Below, piece after piece: positions 38,423-52,935 of a stretch of 64,000 nucleotides of DNA (the stretch's first letter is position 1; the number at the start of each line of letters is the position of its first letter). A program made the position numbers and the translations under genes. The stretch is from contig OZ220089.1 in the NCBI GenBank assembly GCA_964291625.2, forward strand, positions 992,001-1,056,000, written 5' to 3'. The DNA is from Candidatus Latescibacterota bacterium. Lineage in GTDB: Bacteria > Latescibacterota > UBA2968 > UBA8231. The notes beneath the pieces were generated by a model, which had not been told where the DNA came from, did no database searches, and was given only the letters and a program-made list of their open reading frames with translations.

Positions 38423-39513
38423 ACCCCCCGCTGATCCTCGACAGCCACCTCGACCTGTCCTTCAACGCCCTGCAGCTCAACCGCGATCTGACGCAGCCGG
38501 CAGCCACGGTGCGGGTCCACGATCCGGTGGAGACGATGGAGTCCTTCGGCAGTTGCACCGTGACCCTGCCGGAGCTGCGCCGCGGACGGGTCGGCATCGT
38601 CTGCGCCACCGTCATGTCGCGCATCGACCCGGGGGACCGGGGGACGCGCACGGGCATGTACGTCCAGAGCCAGTGCCACGGCGTCGGGCGCGGCCACCTG
38701 GCCTGGTACCAGGCCCTGGAACGCGCCGGCCACGTGCGCCTCTGCCGCACCCGCGCCCAGCTCGACGAGATGGCCGCCCTGTGGGAGACGGCGGAGGTCG
38801 GCGCCGACGGGTCGGGCCCCCCGGTGGGGCTGGTGCTGGCCATGGAGAGCGCCGACCCGATCCTCGGCCCCGACCAGGTGCCGGAGTGGCACGCCCTCGG
38901 CCTGCGCATGGTCAGCCTGTCCCACTACGGCAGGAGCACCTACTCCCACGGCACCGCCACCGAGGGCGGGCTGCGGCCCCCGGCGCGGCCGCTGCTGGCG
39001 GCCCTGCAGGAGGCGGGGATCGTGGTCGACGTGACCCACCTGACCGACCGGGCCCACCGCGAGCTGTTCGAGATCTACGACGGCCCGGTCTGCGCCAGTC
39101 ACCACAACTGCCGCGCCCTCACCCCCGGCCAGCGCCAGCTCACCGACGACATGATCCGCGACATCGCCGGCCGCGGCGGGGTCATCGGCGCCGCCTTCGA
39201 CTCGTGGATGCTCGATCCGGGTTGGCGGCGGGACCTGCAGGCCTGGGAGCAGCCGTCCGGCGCCACCCTGCAGAGCGTGGCCGACCACATCGACCACGTG
39301 GCCCAGGTCACGGGGACCAGCCGCCACTGCGGCATCGGCACCGACCTCGACGGCGGCTTCGGCGCCGAGCAGGCCCCCCGCGACCTGAACACGATCGCCG
39401 ACCTGCAGAGCCTGGTCCCCATCCTGCGGGACCGGGGTTACGGGGAGGAGGACCTGACGGGGATCCTCTCCGGCAACTGGCTCCGCCTCCTGCGCGGCAA
39501 CTGGCGGGACTGA
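38419..39513 (+). CDS. Membrane dipeptidase (peptidase M19), probable CTG start
   Basis: DSHLD, MESAD, DVTH, SHHN, GTDLDG; GGAGG lies 7 nt before CTG. Confidence 0.88.
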   Translation: MNPPLILDSHLDLSFNALQLNRDLTQPAATVRVHDPVETMESFGSCTVTLPELRRGRVGIVCATVMSRIDPGDRGTRTGMYVQSQCHGVGRGHLAWYQALERAGHVRLCRTRAQLDEMAALWETAEVGADGSGPPVGLVLAMESADPILGPDQVPEWHALGLRMVSLSHYGRSTYSHGTATEGGLRPPARPLLAALQEAGIVVDVTHLTDRAHRELFEIYDGPVCASHHNCRALTPGQRQLTDDMIRDIAGRGGVIGAAFDSWMLDPGWRRDLQAWEQPSGATLQSVADHIDHVAQVTGTSRHCGIGTDLDGGFGAEQAPRDLNTIADLQSLVPILRDRGYGEEDLTGILSGNWLRLLRGNWRD

Positions 39514-39699
39514 CCCCCCTCCTTCGCGACGAGCGGTCCGGGGGTGGCGGCATGTTTCCCGGAAACGAGGCGGATTCCCGCCTCGTCGCTTGCGGATATC
39601 ACTCGGCATCGCTATACTTGGCCCCTGCCAGAAACATAATGTTTGCGAAACTCGCATGATTGCTCGCATACGTGCCTCGCAACCCGGAGCCTTCTCCTC

Positions 39700-41403
39700 A
39701 TGAGAGGTGCCGACGCCGTCATCCAGGCGGTTGAGCGCCAGGGGGTCGATTTCATCTTCGGCCACCCCGGCGGCGCCGCCATGCCCATCTTCGACGCCCT
39801 CGTCGACTCGGAGCACATCCGCTTCGTCCTCACCCGGCACGAGCAGGGCGCCACCCACATGGCCGACGGCTACGCCCGCGCCACCGGCAAGCCGGGGGTG
39901 GTCCTGGTCACCTCCGGCCCGGGGGCGACCAACACCGTCACCGGGCTGCTCACGGCCCAGATGGACTCGGTGCCGATGGTCGTCCTCACGGGGCAGACCA
40001 TCTCCCCCATGCTCGGCAAGGACGCCTTTCAGGAGGCGGACGTCTTCGGCATCTCCATGCCGGTGGTGAAACACTCCTACCTGGTCAAGGCGGTGGACGA
40101 TATCCCCCGGGTCATGCACGAGGCCTTCCACATCGCCACCACCGGCCGCAAGGGGCCGGTCCTGGTGGACCTGCCCAAGGACGTGACCTCGGCCGAGTGC
40201 CGCGCCGACTACCCCGAGCGCGTCTACCTGCCCGGGTACAGCGTGCGCTCCAAGGCCGACCCCGAGCGGCTGCAGGAGGCCGCCGAGTTCCTGCGCCGCA
40301 GCCGCCGCCCCCTCCTCTACTTGGGAGGCGGCGCCATCGCCGCCGGGGCCCACGAGGCGGCCAAGGCCTTCGCCGAGAAGACGCGCATGCCGGTGACCAA
40401 CACCCTCCTGGGCAAGGGCGCCTTCCCCGAGCAGCACGAGCTGTCCGTGGGCATGCTCGGCATGCACGGCACCGCCTATGCCAACAAGGCCGTCGTCGGC
40501 TGCGACCTGATCATGTCCGTCGGCGGCCGCTGGGACGACCGCATCACCGGCAAGCTCGACGAGTTCTGCCCCGACGCGGTGAAGATCCACGTCGACATCG
40601 ACCCGGCGGAGTACGGCAAGGTGGTCATGCCCGACGTCTTCCTCCAGGGCGACGCCCTCGAGGTGCTCGAGGAACTGATCAACATGGTGGGGCCCCTCGA
40701 CACCGGCGACTGGCTGGGCCAGATCGACGAGTGGAAGGAGAAGTACCCCCTCAAGTACGGGAAGAAGGGGGGGCTGAAGATGCAGGCCGTCTTCGACCGC
40801 CTCTACCATCTCACGGCGGGCCGGGCGGTGGTCTCCACCGACGTGGGGCAGCACCAGATGTGGGCGGCCCAGTTCTACCGCACCGCCCACCACCGGCAGT
40901 GGCTCTCCTCGGGCGGCGCGGGGACGATGGGTTACGGCTTCCCGGCGGCCGTGGGCGCCCAGTTCGGCCGCCCCGACGAGACCGTGGTCGCCATCGTCGG
41001 CGACGGCGGCTTCCAGATGACCATGTCCGAGCTGGCCACCGCGGCGGTGCACGACCTGCCGGTGAAGGTGCTCATCATGGACAACGCCTACCTCGGCATG
41101 GTCCGCCAGTGGCAGAACCTGTTCTTCGACAACCGCCTCTCCGGGGTCGATCTGGAGGGCAACCCGGACTTCGTCAAGCTCGCCGCGGCCTACGGCATCG
41201 AGGGCTGGCACCTGAAGCGCACCGCCGACATCGACAAGATCCTCACGCGCATGCTCAAGCACGACTCGGGTCCGGCCGTCGTTCACTGCCACTGCGAGAA
41301 GGAGGACAACGTCTTCCCCATGATCCCCGCCGGGGCCGCCGTCCACGAGATGCTGATCGAGCCTCCCCGGCGCAAACTCGCCAAGCCGACGGGGAGCACC
41401 TGA
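39700..41403 (+). CDS. ilvB: Acetolactate synthase large subunit
   Basis: [34 protein letters not shown]. Confidence 0.95.
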   Translation: MRGADAVIQAVERQGVDFIFGHPGGAAMPIFDALVDSEHIRFVLTRHEQGATHMADGYARATGKPGVVLVTSGPGATNTVTGLLTAQMDSVPMVVLTGQTISPMLGKDAFQEADVFGISMPVVKHSYLVKAVDDIPRVMHEAFHIATTGRKGPVLVDLPKDVTSAECRADYPERVYLPGYSVRSKADPERLQEAAEFLRRSRRPLLYLGGGAIAAGAHEAAKAFAEKTRMPVTNTLLGKGAFPEQHELSVGMLGMHGTAYANKAVVGCDLIMSVGGRWDDRITGKLDEFCPDAVKIHVDIDPAEYGKVVMPDVFLQGDALEVLEELINMVGPLDTGDWLGQIDEWKEKYPLKYGKKGGLKMQAVFDRLYHLTAGRAVVSTDVGQHQMWAAQFYRTAHHRQWLSSGGAGTMGYGFPAAVGAQFGRPDETVVAIVGDGGFQMTMSELATAAVHDLPVKVLIMDNAYLGMVRQWQNLFFDNRLSGVDLEGNPDFVKLAAAYGIEGWHLKRTADIDKILTRMLKHDSGPAVVHCHCEKEDNVFPMIPAGAAVHEMLIEPPRRKLAKPTGST

Positions 41404-41990
41404 TGGAACGGCCGCAGGAACTCACCGGCCCGGAGAACGGCAGGTCCACGGAGGTCGCCGATGCCGCCTACCGCCGCAGCGTCGGCCTCGGCGGCGAGGT
41501 CCGCAAGACGACGATCGGGCTGCTGGTCAACGACCGCCCCGGCGTGCTCATGCGCATCAGCCAGGTCTTCAGCCGGCGGGGCTACAACATCGAGTCCCTG
41601 GTCGTCTCCCCCGCCCACGTCATCCCCGAGACTTCCCGGATGACGATCACCTGCTCGGGGCCGGCGGACGTGCTGCACCAGATCATCCTCCAGCTCGACA
41701 AGCTCGTCGACGTGATCCACGCCCACGACCACACCGACGACGCCGCCGTCACCCGCGAGCTGGCCCTGTTCAAGGTCGCCTGCACCATCGCTCAGCGCGG
41801 CGAGGTCCTGCAGATCACCGAGGTCTTCCGCGGCAAGACGGTGGACATCTCCGACGAGACGATCACCGTCGAGGTCACGGGCACGACGGAGAAGATGGAC
41901 GCTCTCGAGAAGATGCTGGCCCGGTTCGACCTGCGGGAGATGGTGCGCACCGGCAAGGTGGTCATGGCCCGGGGCACGGACGTGACCTGA
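41403..41990 (+). CDS. ilvN: Acetolactate synthase small subunit
   Basis: NDRPGVL..FSRRGYNIESL, QLDKLVDV, RELAL, VRTG. Confidence 0.95.
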   Translation: MERPQELTGPENGRSTEVADAAYRRSVGLGGEVRKTTIGLLVNDRPGVLMRISQVFSRRGYNIESLVVSPAHVIPETSRMTITCSGPADVLHQIILQLDKLVDVIHAHDHTDDAAVTRELALFKVACTIAQRGEVLQITEVFRGKTVDISDETITVEVTGTTEKMDALEKMLARFDLREMVRTGKVVMARGTDVT

Positions 41991-41994
41991 TCCG

Positions 41995-42948
41995 GTGCCC
42001 GGCGCCGCGAGAAACCACGAACAGGAGGACCGTATCCACCGGCCATGCCGCCGATGGCCCGGGGCCGCTCTCGCCCTGGCCGCCGGCCTGTGGGCCGCCC
42101 CCGCCCTCGGCGGCGCCTGGACCGTGCCCGCCTCCGGCTTCTGGGGCAAGGTCAGCTGGTTCCGCCAGACCACCGGCGAGTGGTACATCGACAGCTCCCT
42201 GCCGATGGTGGTGCAGACCGCCGACGGCGTCGAGATCACCCAGGTCCCTGCCGGGAGCCGGCAGCCCTACCGCTTCGGCGGCGAGTACCGCTCGATGGCG
42301 GTCTTCGCCGAGGGCTTCTACGGCGTCGCGGACTGGCTGAACCTCGGCTTCCAGATCCCGTACTTCGACCAGGTCTACCAGGACAGCACGCGCACCGAGG
42401 CGCCCAGCGACGCCGGCTTCAGCGACCTGCGGATCTACACCAAGCTCCGGGCCCTGCAAGCCCCGGCGGTGCTGACTCTCAAGCTGGGGGCCAAGGTCCC
42501 CACGGGCGACTTCAGGAACGAGGACGGCCTGATCCCCGTGGGCGAGGGCCAGTGGGACTTCGATCTGTTGATGCAGGCGGGGCGGTCCTTCTGGCCGCTG
42601 CCGGCGTACGCCAACGTGGAGGCCGGGTACCGCCTGCGCATGGAGAACGAGGACGTGCAGCGGGACCCGGGCGACGAGTGGCTGGTCAACGCCGAGGCGG
42701 GCTGGTCGCCGCGGCCCCGGCTGCTGCTGGCCCTCAAGCTGGAGCTGCTCCACGGAAAGGCGGGCACCTCCTTCGGCTTCGAGAACCCCAGCCTCAAGAA
42801 GAGGATCGTCTACCTGGCGCCGACCGTGAGCTGGACCCTGTTCGGAGAGACGGCGGCGGAACTGGCCCTGCGGCGCACCCTGGCGGGGCGCAACTTCCCG
42901 GCCGGGAATCAGCTGACCGTCGGACTGTCGACGCGGGGCGGTCTCTGA
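41995..42948 (+). CDS. Hypothetical outer-membrane barrel protein (MetA-pathway-like 'transporter'); start uncertain
   Basis: Signal peptide, GFSD, KVPTG, GEGQWD, DPGD patterns. Confidence 0.55.
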   Translation: MPGAARNHEQEDRIHRPCRRWPGAALALAAGLWAAPALGGAWTVPASGFWGKVSWFRQTTGEWYIDSSLPMVVQTADGVEITQVPAGSRQPYRFGGEYRSMAVFAEGFYGVADWLNLGFQIPYFDQVYQDSTRTEAPSDAGFSDLRIYTKLRALQAPAVLTLKLGAKVPTGDFRNEDGLIPVGEGQWDFDLLMQAGRSFWPLPAYANVEAGYRLRMENEDVQRDPGDEWLVNAEAGWSPRPRLLLALKLELLHGKAGTSFGFENPSLKKRIVYLAPTVSWTLFGETAAELALRRTLAGRNFPAGNQLTVGLSTRGGL

Positions 42949-43024
42949 TCGCCCGGGGGTGGATCCCCCGGAACCCGGCGGCGGTTGGGCTTGCGGCCCA
43001 CCAGGTGCCCGGGGGCGCCCGGCT

Positions 43025-43444
43025 CTAGGTCCTGACGGCCAGGACGATGGTCCGGTTCTGCAGGCGCCTCGCTGGATCGTAGAATCGAATCCCCCCGTCG
43101 AACAACTGGTAGAACGTCGACCCGCCGCCGGCGGCCTCCGCGAAAGCAGTCCAGAGGTCGAACTGCTCGTAGTAGGCTCCTCCCGTATTCTGGTAGAACT
43201 TCTTGATGTAGACTTCGATCAGCCCCGATGGAGTGATCCTGGGGTCGAAGAACACGTAGCTGTCCGACCAGCCGTTCGGTTCCCAGGCTGCTTCGGAGGC
43301 GGAGAACTCGATCAGGTCTATCGAGAGTTGGGCATCCGCCCCCGCGGGACCGGGTGGTCCAGGAGGACCCGCAGGTCCCGTCGGCCCCTCGATGCAGGCC
43401 GACAGAACCAGCAGGACGGCGGCGGCACCCCTCCAGGCGGTCAA
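43025..43444 (-). CDS. Lipoprotein with short collagen-like repeat
   Basis: Lipobox LSAC followed by GPT-GPA-GPP-GPP-GPA-GAD. Confidence 0.7.
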   Translation of the reverse strand: MTAWRGAAAVLLVLSACIEGPTGPAGPPGPPGPAGADAQLSIDLIEFSASEAAWEPNGWSDSYVFFDPRITPSGLIEVYIKKFYQNTGGAYYEQFDLWTAFAEAAGGGSTFYQLFDGGIRFYDPARRLQNRTIVLAVRT

Positions 43445-43455
43445 TCCCGGTTCCC

Positions 43456-46406
43456 TCAGAACTCGACCCCGAGCTGGGCGTGGGCCAGCCGGCCCACCTC
43501 CGGGGCGCCGATGAAGGACCGGTAGGCGCTGTCGAGGACGTTGTCCACGCTCACCAGCAGGTGCAGGCCGTCGGCGAAGGGCAGGTCGTACCGGGACCGC
43601 AGGTCGAGGCTGGTGTACGAGTCCACGTCGCCCACGTAGACCCCCGAGTTCATGGGGAATCCGCCGGTGTAGCGGAAGCGGGCGCCGAGCCCGAGGTCAT
43701 GCTGCGGCAGGCGCCAGGACCCGCCCACGTTGAACTTGTGCATCGGCGCGTTGAGGGCGACATCGGCGATCCCGTCGAGCTTCGGGAAGAGGTCGTCGCT
43801 GACGAAGGAGTAGCCGCCGGTGAGGTTCCAGCTCTCCCCGGGGTAGTAGCCGAAGGCGAAATCGAGCCCGTAGAAGGTGATGTCGCCGAAGTTGCGGTAG
43901 GTGAGGAGCACCGCCGTGGGGTCCCAGGCCTGCTCCGGCGAGACCGTGCCGAAGGGGATCCCGGCCGCGCCCGAGGCGAAGATCGTCGCCAGCTCGTCGG
44001 CGGCGCTGCCGTCCTTGTCGCCCTCGATCACGCCCGGGAGGGAGAGCGCGTCCAGCGCTCCCAGGACCTGGGCCACCTCGGCGAGATTCGGGTCCGCCAA
44101 CTGCGCGGCGAAGGCCGGCTCCAGCACCGCCATCAGGCTCTGCGGGTTCAGGAAGACGCTCGGGGTCTCCACCGCCAGGGGCCCCACGAAGCCCTCCACC
44201 CGGGTCTGGTAGAGGTCGGCCGACACCACCAGGTCGTCGGCGAGGATCCCCTTGTAGCCTACCTCCAGGGTCTGGGTAATGGTCGACTCCGTGCCAGGTA
44301 CGTCGTTGGCCTCGGCTACCGGGTCGAAGCCCTGGGTCGCCAGGTTCAGCCGGCCCAGGCTGTTGGTCAGGCCGGGGAGCTGCTCCGGCACGAGGGACGG
44401 CAGGACCGCCAGGACCGCCGCCGCCTGCTCCTGGGCCGTGGTCTGGGCGGTCTCGGCGTCCATGCCCTGCTGCACCAGCATGCCGGCGATCAGGCCCGGC
44501 GCCAGGAGCTGCAGGGCCGGAGTGACCTGATCGAGGACGGCGGCCCGGCCGATGCCCCACTGGACGTTCGTGACCACCGGATCGTCGAGGGCGATGTAGC
44601 CGTCGCCGTCGATCGAGTATCCCGGGTCGCCGGGGTTGAGGCCCATCAACTGAAGGGTGCCGTGAATGGTCGGCTGGAAGGAGGAGCGGTACATGGCCCT
44701 TCCGTCGGCGCCCCGGCGGAAGGTGAACCCGCCGTCCATTCCGCTGCGGTAGCTCCCCTGGGCGCGGACGTCGACGTTGGGGTTGTAGCCGAGGACCGGC
44801 TCGAAGGCCTCCAGGGGGGCGAAGACCGCCGGCTGGGCGAGCAGATCCAGGAACAGGTTGTTCGTGGAGGGCGTCGAGAAGGCGCGGTTCCAGGTGAGGC
44901 GGAAGGACTGCGTCTCCTGCGGCTTGTAGACGATGCCGGCCCGCGGCGAGAGCTGGGCCTCGTCGAGGCGGCTGTGGCTGTCGTAGCGCAGGGAGAGGAC
45001 GAGGTCGAGCTGCGGGGTGAGGCCGGTCTCGCTCTGCAGGTAGGCGCCGATCTCGTCGATGGCGTCGTCCTCCTCGTTGCCGCCGGTGATGGTGCCCTCG
45101 GTGCGGGGGCGGGTGAACTGGGCGTCCAGGCCGTAGGTGAAGCGCTGGCGGTCGCCCAGCCCGTAGGCGTGCTGCGCCTGGACGACGTCCAGGGTGGACT
45201 TGTCGACCATTGTCTGGCCGGTGCGCAGCAGGTAGGTGTCGTTGGCGTCGCTCTGGTTGCGGTAGTACTGGAGGAACAGGTCGCCGTGGGTGGCGCGGAT
45301 CTGGTGGAAGTTGTAGGTCCAGTCCTTGGCCTGCCCGGCGCCGGCACCCGTCTGCTCGACATGGGTGCCCTGGTTGTACCCGAATGTGTAGACGGCCGTC
45401 AGGTCGTCGGTGGGGCGCACGTCGATCCGGGCCTCGGCGCCCAGGCGCTCGACCTGGTCCTCCCGGGCGCCGATCAACAGGCTCTCCGGGTCGGCGCCGG
45501 CGCCGATCGCCCTCTGGCGCGCCCCGGCCTCCACCGGATCGACGTACTCCCAGTCGGTGCCCGAGTAGTACTGGGCCGAGATCTTGTAGGCCAGGTGCGG
45601 ATTGACGACGCCGGCGTGCCGCATCGAGCCGCTGGCCAGGGAGCGCTCGCCGCCCCCGATCGAGAAGGCGGTGCCCGGGAGTTGAAGGGCGAGCGCGTGA
45701 TGATGTGCATGACGCCGTTGGCGCTGTTCGGCCCGTAGAGGGCCGACCCGGGGCCGAGGACGACCTCGATGCGCTCGATGTCCTGGTTGGTGGCGGGGAT
45801 GAAGTTCTGGGCGTTGAGCCGCAGCGACGGGACGCGGGCGATGCGGTTGTCCGTCAGCGTCAGCAGGGCCCCCGAGAAGACGTTGTTGAAGCCCCGGGCC
45901 ACGACGTTGCTCTGCACGAGGCCGGTCTTGGCGAAGTCGACGCCGGGCTGGTCGCGGACGTGCTCGGCGACGCTCAGGGCCGGGCGGGCCCGGATCTCGG
46001 CGGCCTCGACGATGGAGATCGACGCCGGGGCGTCGAGGGCCTTCTCCTGGCGGCGCGAGGCCGAGACCACGCTCTGCTCCAGGTCGATGACCGCGGCTTC
46101 GAGCTCGAAGTCGAGGGTTGTCCCCTCGGGATCGACGCGCACCCGGGACGCGATGGTGCGGTAGCCGATGTGGGTGACGCGGACCTCGTACATGCCGGGC
46201 GCCAGGGTGACGGAATACTCCCCCTCGGCCCTGGAGACGGCGCCCCTTGGCTCTTCGAGGCCGCCTCCGGTGACGACGACGTTGGTCCCCGGCAGCGCCG
46301 ATCCGTCGCTGTCGGTGATCGTGCCCTTCAGGTCCGCGGCGCCGGCGGCGACGGACCAGGCGGTCATGGTGAGGGCGGCCAGAACGGCCAGTGCTGTACG
46401 GCTCAT
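43456..46406 (-). pseudogene. TonB-dependent receptor with a single-base frameshift near 45677 (real lesion or assembly error)
   Basis: The N-part (signal, plug, IERIEVVLGPGSALYG) and the barrel ending in GVEF are in different frames. One extra base gives ITRSPFNSPGTAFS. Confidence 0.85.
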
Positions 46407-46569
46407 GGGATCCTCCCTGGAGATGCTGCAGCGAAGCGCCCTCGCTTCGCGCGGTCCCTTCGGACAGCCCGGTATTATAAGCAATGGGATCGCCCTCCAC
46501 AGACGCCTTGCCGGCGTTCCGCCACCGCCTTAAGATCGCTCGGAACCCTCCCCCAGGAATCGCCGGACC

Positions 46570-47586
46570 ATGACCCCACCTCTGAAGCTCGCCCTCATCG
46601 GCTGCGGCGCCATCTCCCGGTTCCATCTCGACGGCATCGCCGAGGGCAGCGGCCGCATCGAGGTCACCGCCGCCGTCGACACCGATGCGGCCAAGGCCGA
46701 GGCCGTCGCCGCCGAGACGGGGGCCGCGGTCTTCACCTCCCTCGACGACGCCCTCGAGGCGGGCGGTTTCGACGCCGTCGACATCATGCTGCCCCACGAC
46801 CTGCACGAGTGGGCGGCCACCGCCTGCCTGGCCGCCGGCCGGCACGTGCTGCTCGAGAAGCCCATGGCCCCCACCCTCGACGCCTGCGACCGCATCCTCG
46901 AGGCCGCCGCGCGGGCCGGCACCGCCTTCATGGTCGCCGAGAACGCCCAGTACTGGCCCGAGATCGTGCGCGCCGCCGAGCTCGTCGAGGAGGGCGCCAT
47001 CGGCGAGGTGGTCACCGCCCGCGCCGCCTTCGTCTGCGAGTTCGACACCTACTGGTTCCCCGACGCCAGGGCCTGGCGCCTCGACCGCGGCCGTACGGGA
47101 GGGGGCATCGTCATCGACGGCGGCTCCCACTGGATGCGGCCCCTGCGCATGTGGCTCGGCGAGATCGACGAGGTCATGGCCGTCCTCGGCCATCCCCTGC
47201 GGAGCATGCAGGGCGAGTCCCTGTGCCGCGCCCTCTTCCGCTTCCGCTCCGGCGTCGTGGCCGGCTTCGATGCCCTCATGCTCGACACCGTCCTCGGGCC
47301 CGACCCGTGGTGGCGGATCACCGGCACCCGGGGCGAGATCCTGATCGACGGCGCCTTCGAGGGCGGCATCCGCCTCTTCGACGCCGGCCACCGGCAGGGT
47401 CGGCCGGTCATGGAGCCGGCCGGCTACCCCAAGTCCTTCGGCCCCCAGCTGGAGGACTTCGCCCGCGTCGTCCTCGACGGCGCCGAGCCGGCGGCCCCGG
47501 CCGAGCACTCCCTGGGCGAGCTGCGCACGGCCCTGGCCCTGTACCGGTCGGGGGCCAGCGGCGCCTGGGAGAAGGTTTGGGACTGA
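46570..47586 (+). CDS. Gfo/Idh/MocA-family oxidoreductase
   Basis: IGCGAI, LEKP, DGGSH. Confidence 0.9.
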   Translation: MTPPLKLALIGCGAISRFHLDGIAEGSGRIEVTAAVDTDAAKAEAVAAETGAAVFTSLDDALEAGGFDAVDIMLPHDLHEWAATACLAAGRHVLLEKPMAPTLDACDRILEAAARAGTAFMVAENAQYWPEIVRAAELVEEGAIGEVVTARAAFVCEFDTYWFPDARAWRLDRGRTGGGIVIDGGSHWMRPLRMWLGEIDEVMAVLGHPLRSMQGESLCRALFRFRSGVVAGFDALMLDTVLGPDPWWRITGTRGEILIDGAFEGGIRLFDAGHRQGRPVMEPAGYPKSFGPQLEDFARVVLDGAEPAAPAEHSLGELRTALALYRSGASGAWEKVWD

Positions 47587-47721
47587 CCGCCGCCCCCCGG
47601 GGCGGGCGGGACCTGCTTGCGCCCCTGCCGGGGCCCGGTACATTCCGAGCGGACCGCGGCGGGCCGTCCCCCCTCCGCGCACCACCCGAGACCCCACCCC
47701 CCCAACCCAAGATCTGAGAGA

Positions 47722-50427
<2,706 letters not shown>

Positions 50428-50439
50428 CCGTATGCGGAG

Positions 50440-51265
<826 letters not shown>

Positions 51266-51273
<8 letters not shown>

Positions 51274-52144
51274 GCGCAGCCGCGAGGTGCTCGGCAAGGG
51301 CATCCACGCCCTGATCACCGAGTACCCGGAGAGCGACGACGGCCCGCAGGCGCAGGTCGTCGAGCTGCCCGTGGGCGACATCGAGCCCAACCCGCACCAG
51401 CCGCGCCTCGACTTCGACGACCAGGGACTGCGCGAGCTCGCCGACTCGATCCGCGAGAAGGGCATCATCCAGCCCCTGGCCGTGAACCGCACCTCGGCCA
51501 GCAGCTACCACCTCATCCTCGGGGAGCGCCGCCTGCGCGCCGCCCGCCTCGCCGGACTGGAGACGGTGCCCGCCATCGTCCACCAGATCGAGTCGGCCCA
51601 GGATCTGATGGAGCTGGCCCTGGTCGAGAACATCCAGCGCGAGGACCTGAACCCCATCGAGGAGGCCGAGGCCTACCGCGCCCTCATGAGCACCTGCATG
51701 CTGACGCAGGAGCAGATCGCCACCCGCGTCGGCAAGGACCGCTCCACCGTGGCCAACGCCCTGCGCCTGCTGCGCCTGCCCGAGGAGGTGCAGGAGATGC
51801 TGCGCGCCGGCGAGCTGCAGATGGGCCACGCCCGCACCCTGGTCAGCCTCGACGAGAAGGCCGCCCTCGACCTCGGCCGCCGCTGCGCCGCCGAGAGCAT
51901 GACCGTGCGCGATCTCGAGCGCGCCGTCCGCGGCCTCGGCAAGGGCCGGAAGCGCCGCCCGAAGGAGGAGAGCCCCGGCGGCGGGGCCGCCGACGCCGTC
52001 GTGGCCGACTTCGAGTCCCGGCTGCGGCAGCGTTTCGCCACGGCCATCGCCATCCGCCGCCGCCGCGGCAAGGGAAGCATCGAGATCGAGTTCTACGGCG
52101 ACGACGACCTCGAGCGCCTCCTGGGGCTGCTTCTCCCGGAATGA
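51266..52144 (+). CDS. parB: ParB/Spo0J partition protein
   Basis: LGKG, PNPHQPR, GERR, ENIQREDLNPIEEA, HTH RSTVANALRLL. Confidence 0.95.
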
Positions 52145-52926
52145 ACGGGCCCCGGCGCTCCCCGCCCGCCGCCGCGATCCTGGCCGCGGCGCTGGGCGCC
52201 GGCTCCTGCTCGGTCTTCCACCAGGACCTGCCCAACGTCCCCCCCGTGGTGCAGTTGGCCGAGGCCGACACCACCCAGGTGAAGCGCGGCGGCCGGGTCT
52301 CCCTGCGGGTGGGCGCCTCCGACGAGGACGACGACCCCCTCACCTACCGGTGGCGTGCCGAGGCCGGGACCTTCACCGACTCCACCGCCAACGCCACCGA
52401 CTGGGAAGCTCCGAAGGCGATCGAGGGCTCTTCCGAGACTTTCCTGCTCACTGTGACCATCCGGGACGGCGACCCGGAGACCGAGGATCTGGTGGAGAGC
52501 TTCGAGATCGAGGTGGTGCAGCGGCTCCCGGCCCTGCGGTCGGTTCCGGAGAGCCGCACCATCGCCGACCGGGACACGGTGGTCCTGGCCGCCCGGGCCG
52601 TCGATGATGACGGCGACGTACTCACCTACCTGTGGCTGTTTCCCAGAGGCACCGACACGGGCGACTCCCGCGAGCTCCGCATCACCGACGAGGCGGGGGT
52701 GGAGCTGGCCACGGTTCTCTCCCTCGGCACCGGCCACAGGGTGTTGGACGAGGGAACGCCGCGGATCGTCCAGCGGCGCTCGGCGACGGAGAGGGACTCG
52801 GCCCGCGTGCGCTTCATCTCCCTCGCCGAGGCCCGGCACGAGCTCGAGATCGCCGTGACCGACGCCATCGAATCCCCCTCCGACACGGTCTCCGCCCGGT
52901 TCGTGATCCGGGCCGAGGCCCCCTGA
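52141..52926 (+). CDS. Putative lipoprotein with Ig/PKD-like domains
   Basis: AGSC lipobox-like sequence; two D-x-D-x-D-x-LTY-x-W motifs. Confidence 0.6.
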   Translation: MNGPRRSPPAAAILAAALGAGSCSVFHQDLPNVPPVVQLAEADTTQVKRGGRVSLRVGASDEDDDPLTYRWRAEAGTFTDSTANATDWEAPKAIEGSSETFLLTVTIRDGDPETEDLVESFEIEVVQRLPALRSVPESRTIADRDTVVLAARAVDDDGDVLTYLWLFPRGTDTGDSRELRITDEAGVELATVLSLGTGHRVLDEGTPRIVQRRSATERDSARVRFISLAEARHELEIAVTDAIESPSDTVSARFVIRAEAP

Positions 52927-52935
52927 CGGACCGCC

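Noticed and set aside
39553-39567. TGTTTCCCGGAAACG as parS
   Set aside because: The arms match but the centre is one base short of parS spacing; it may be an unrelated palindrome.
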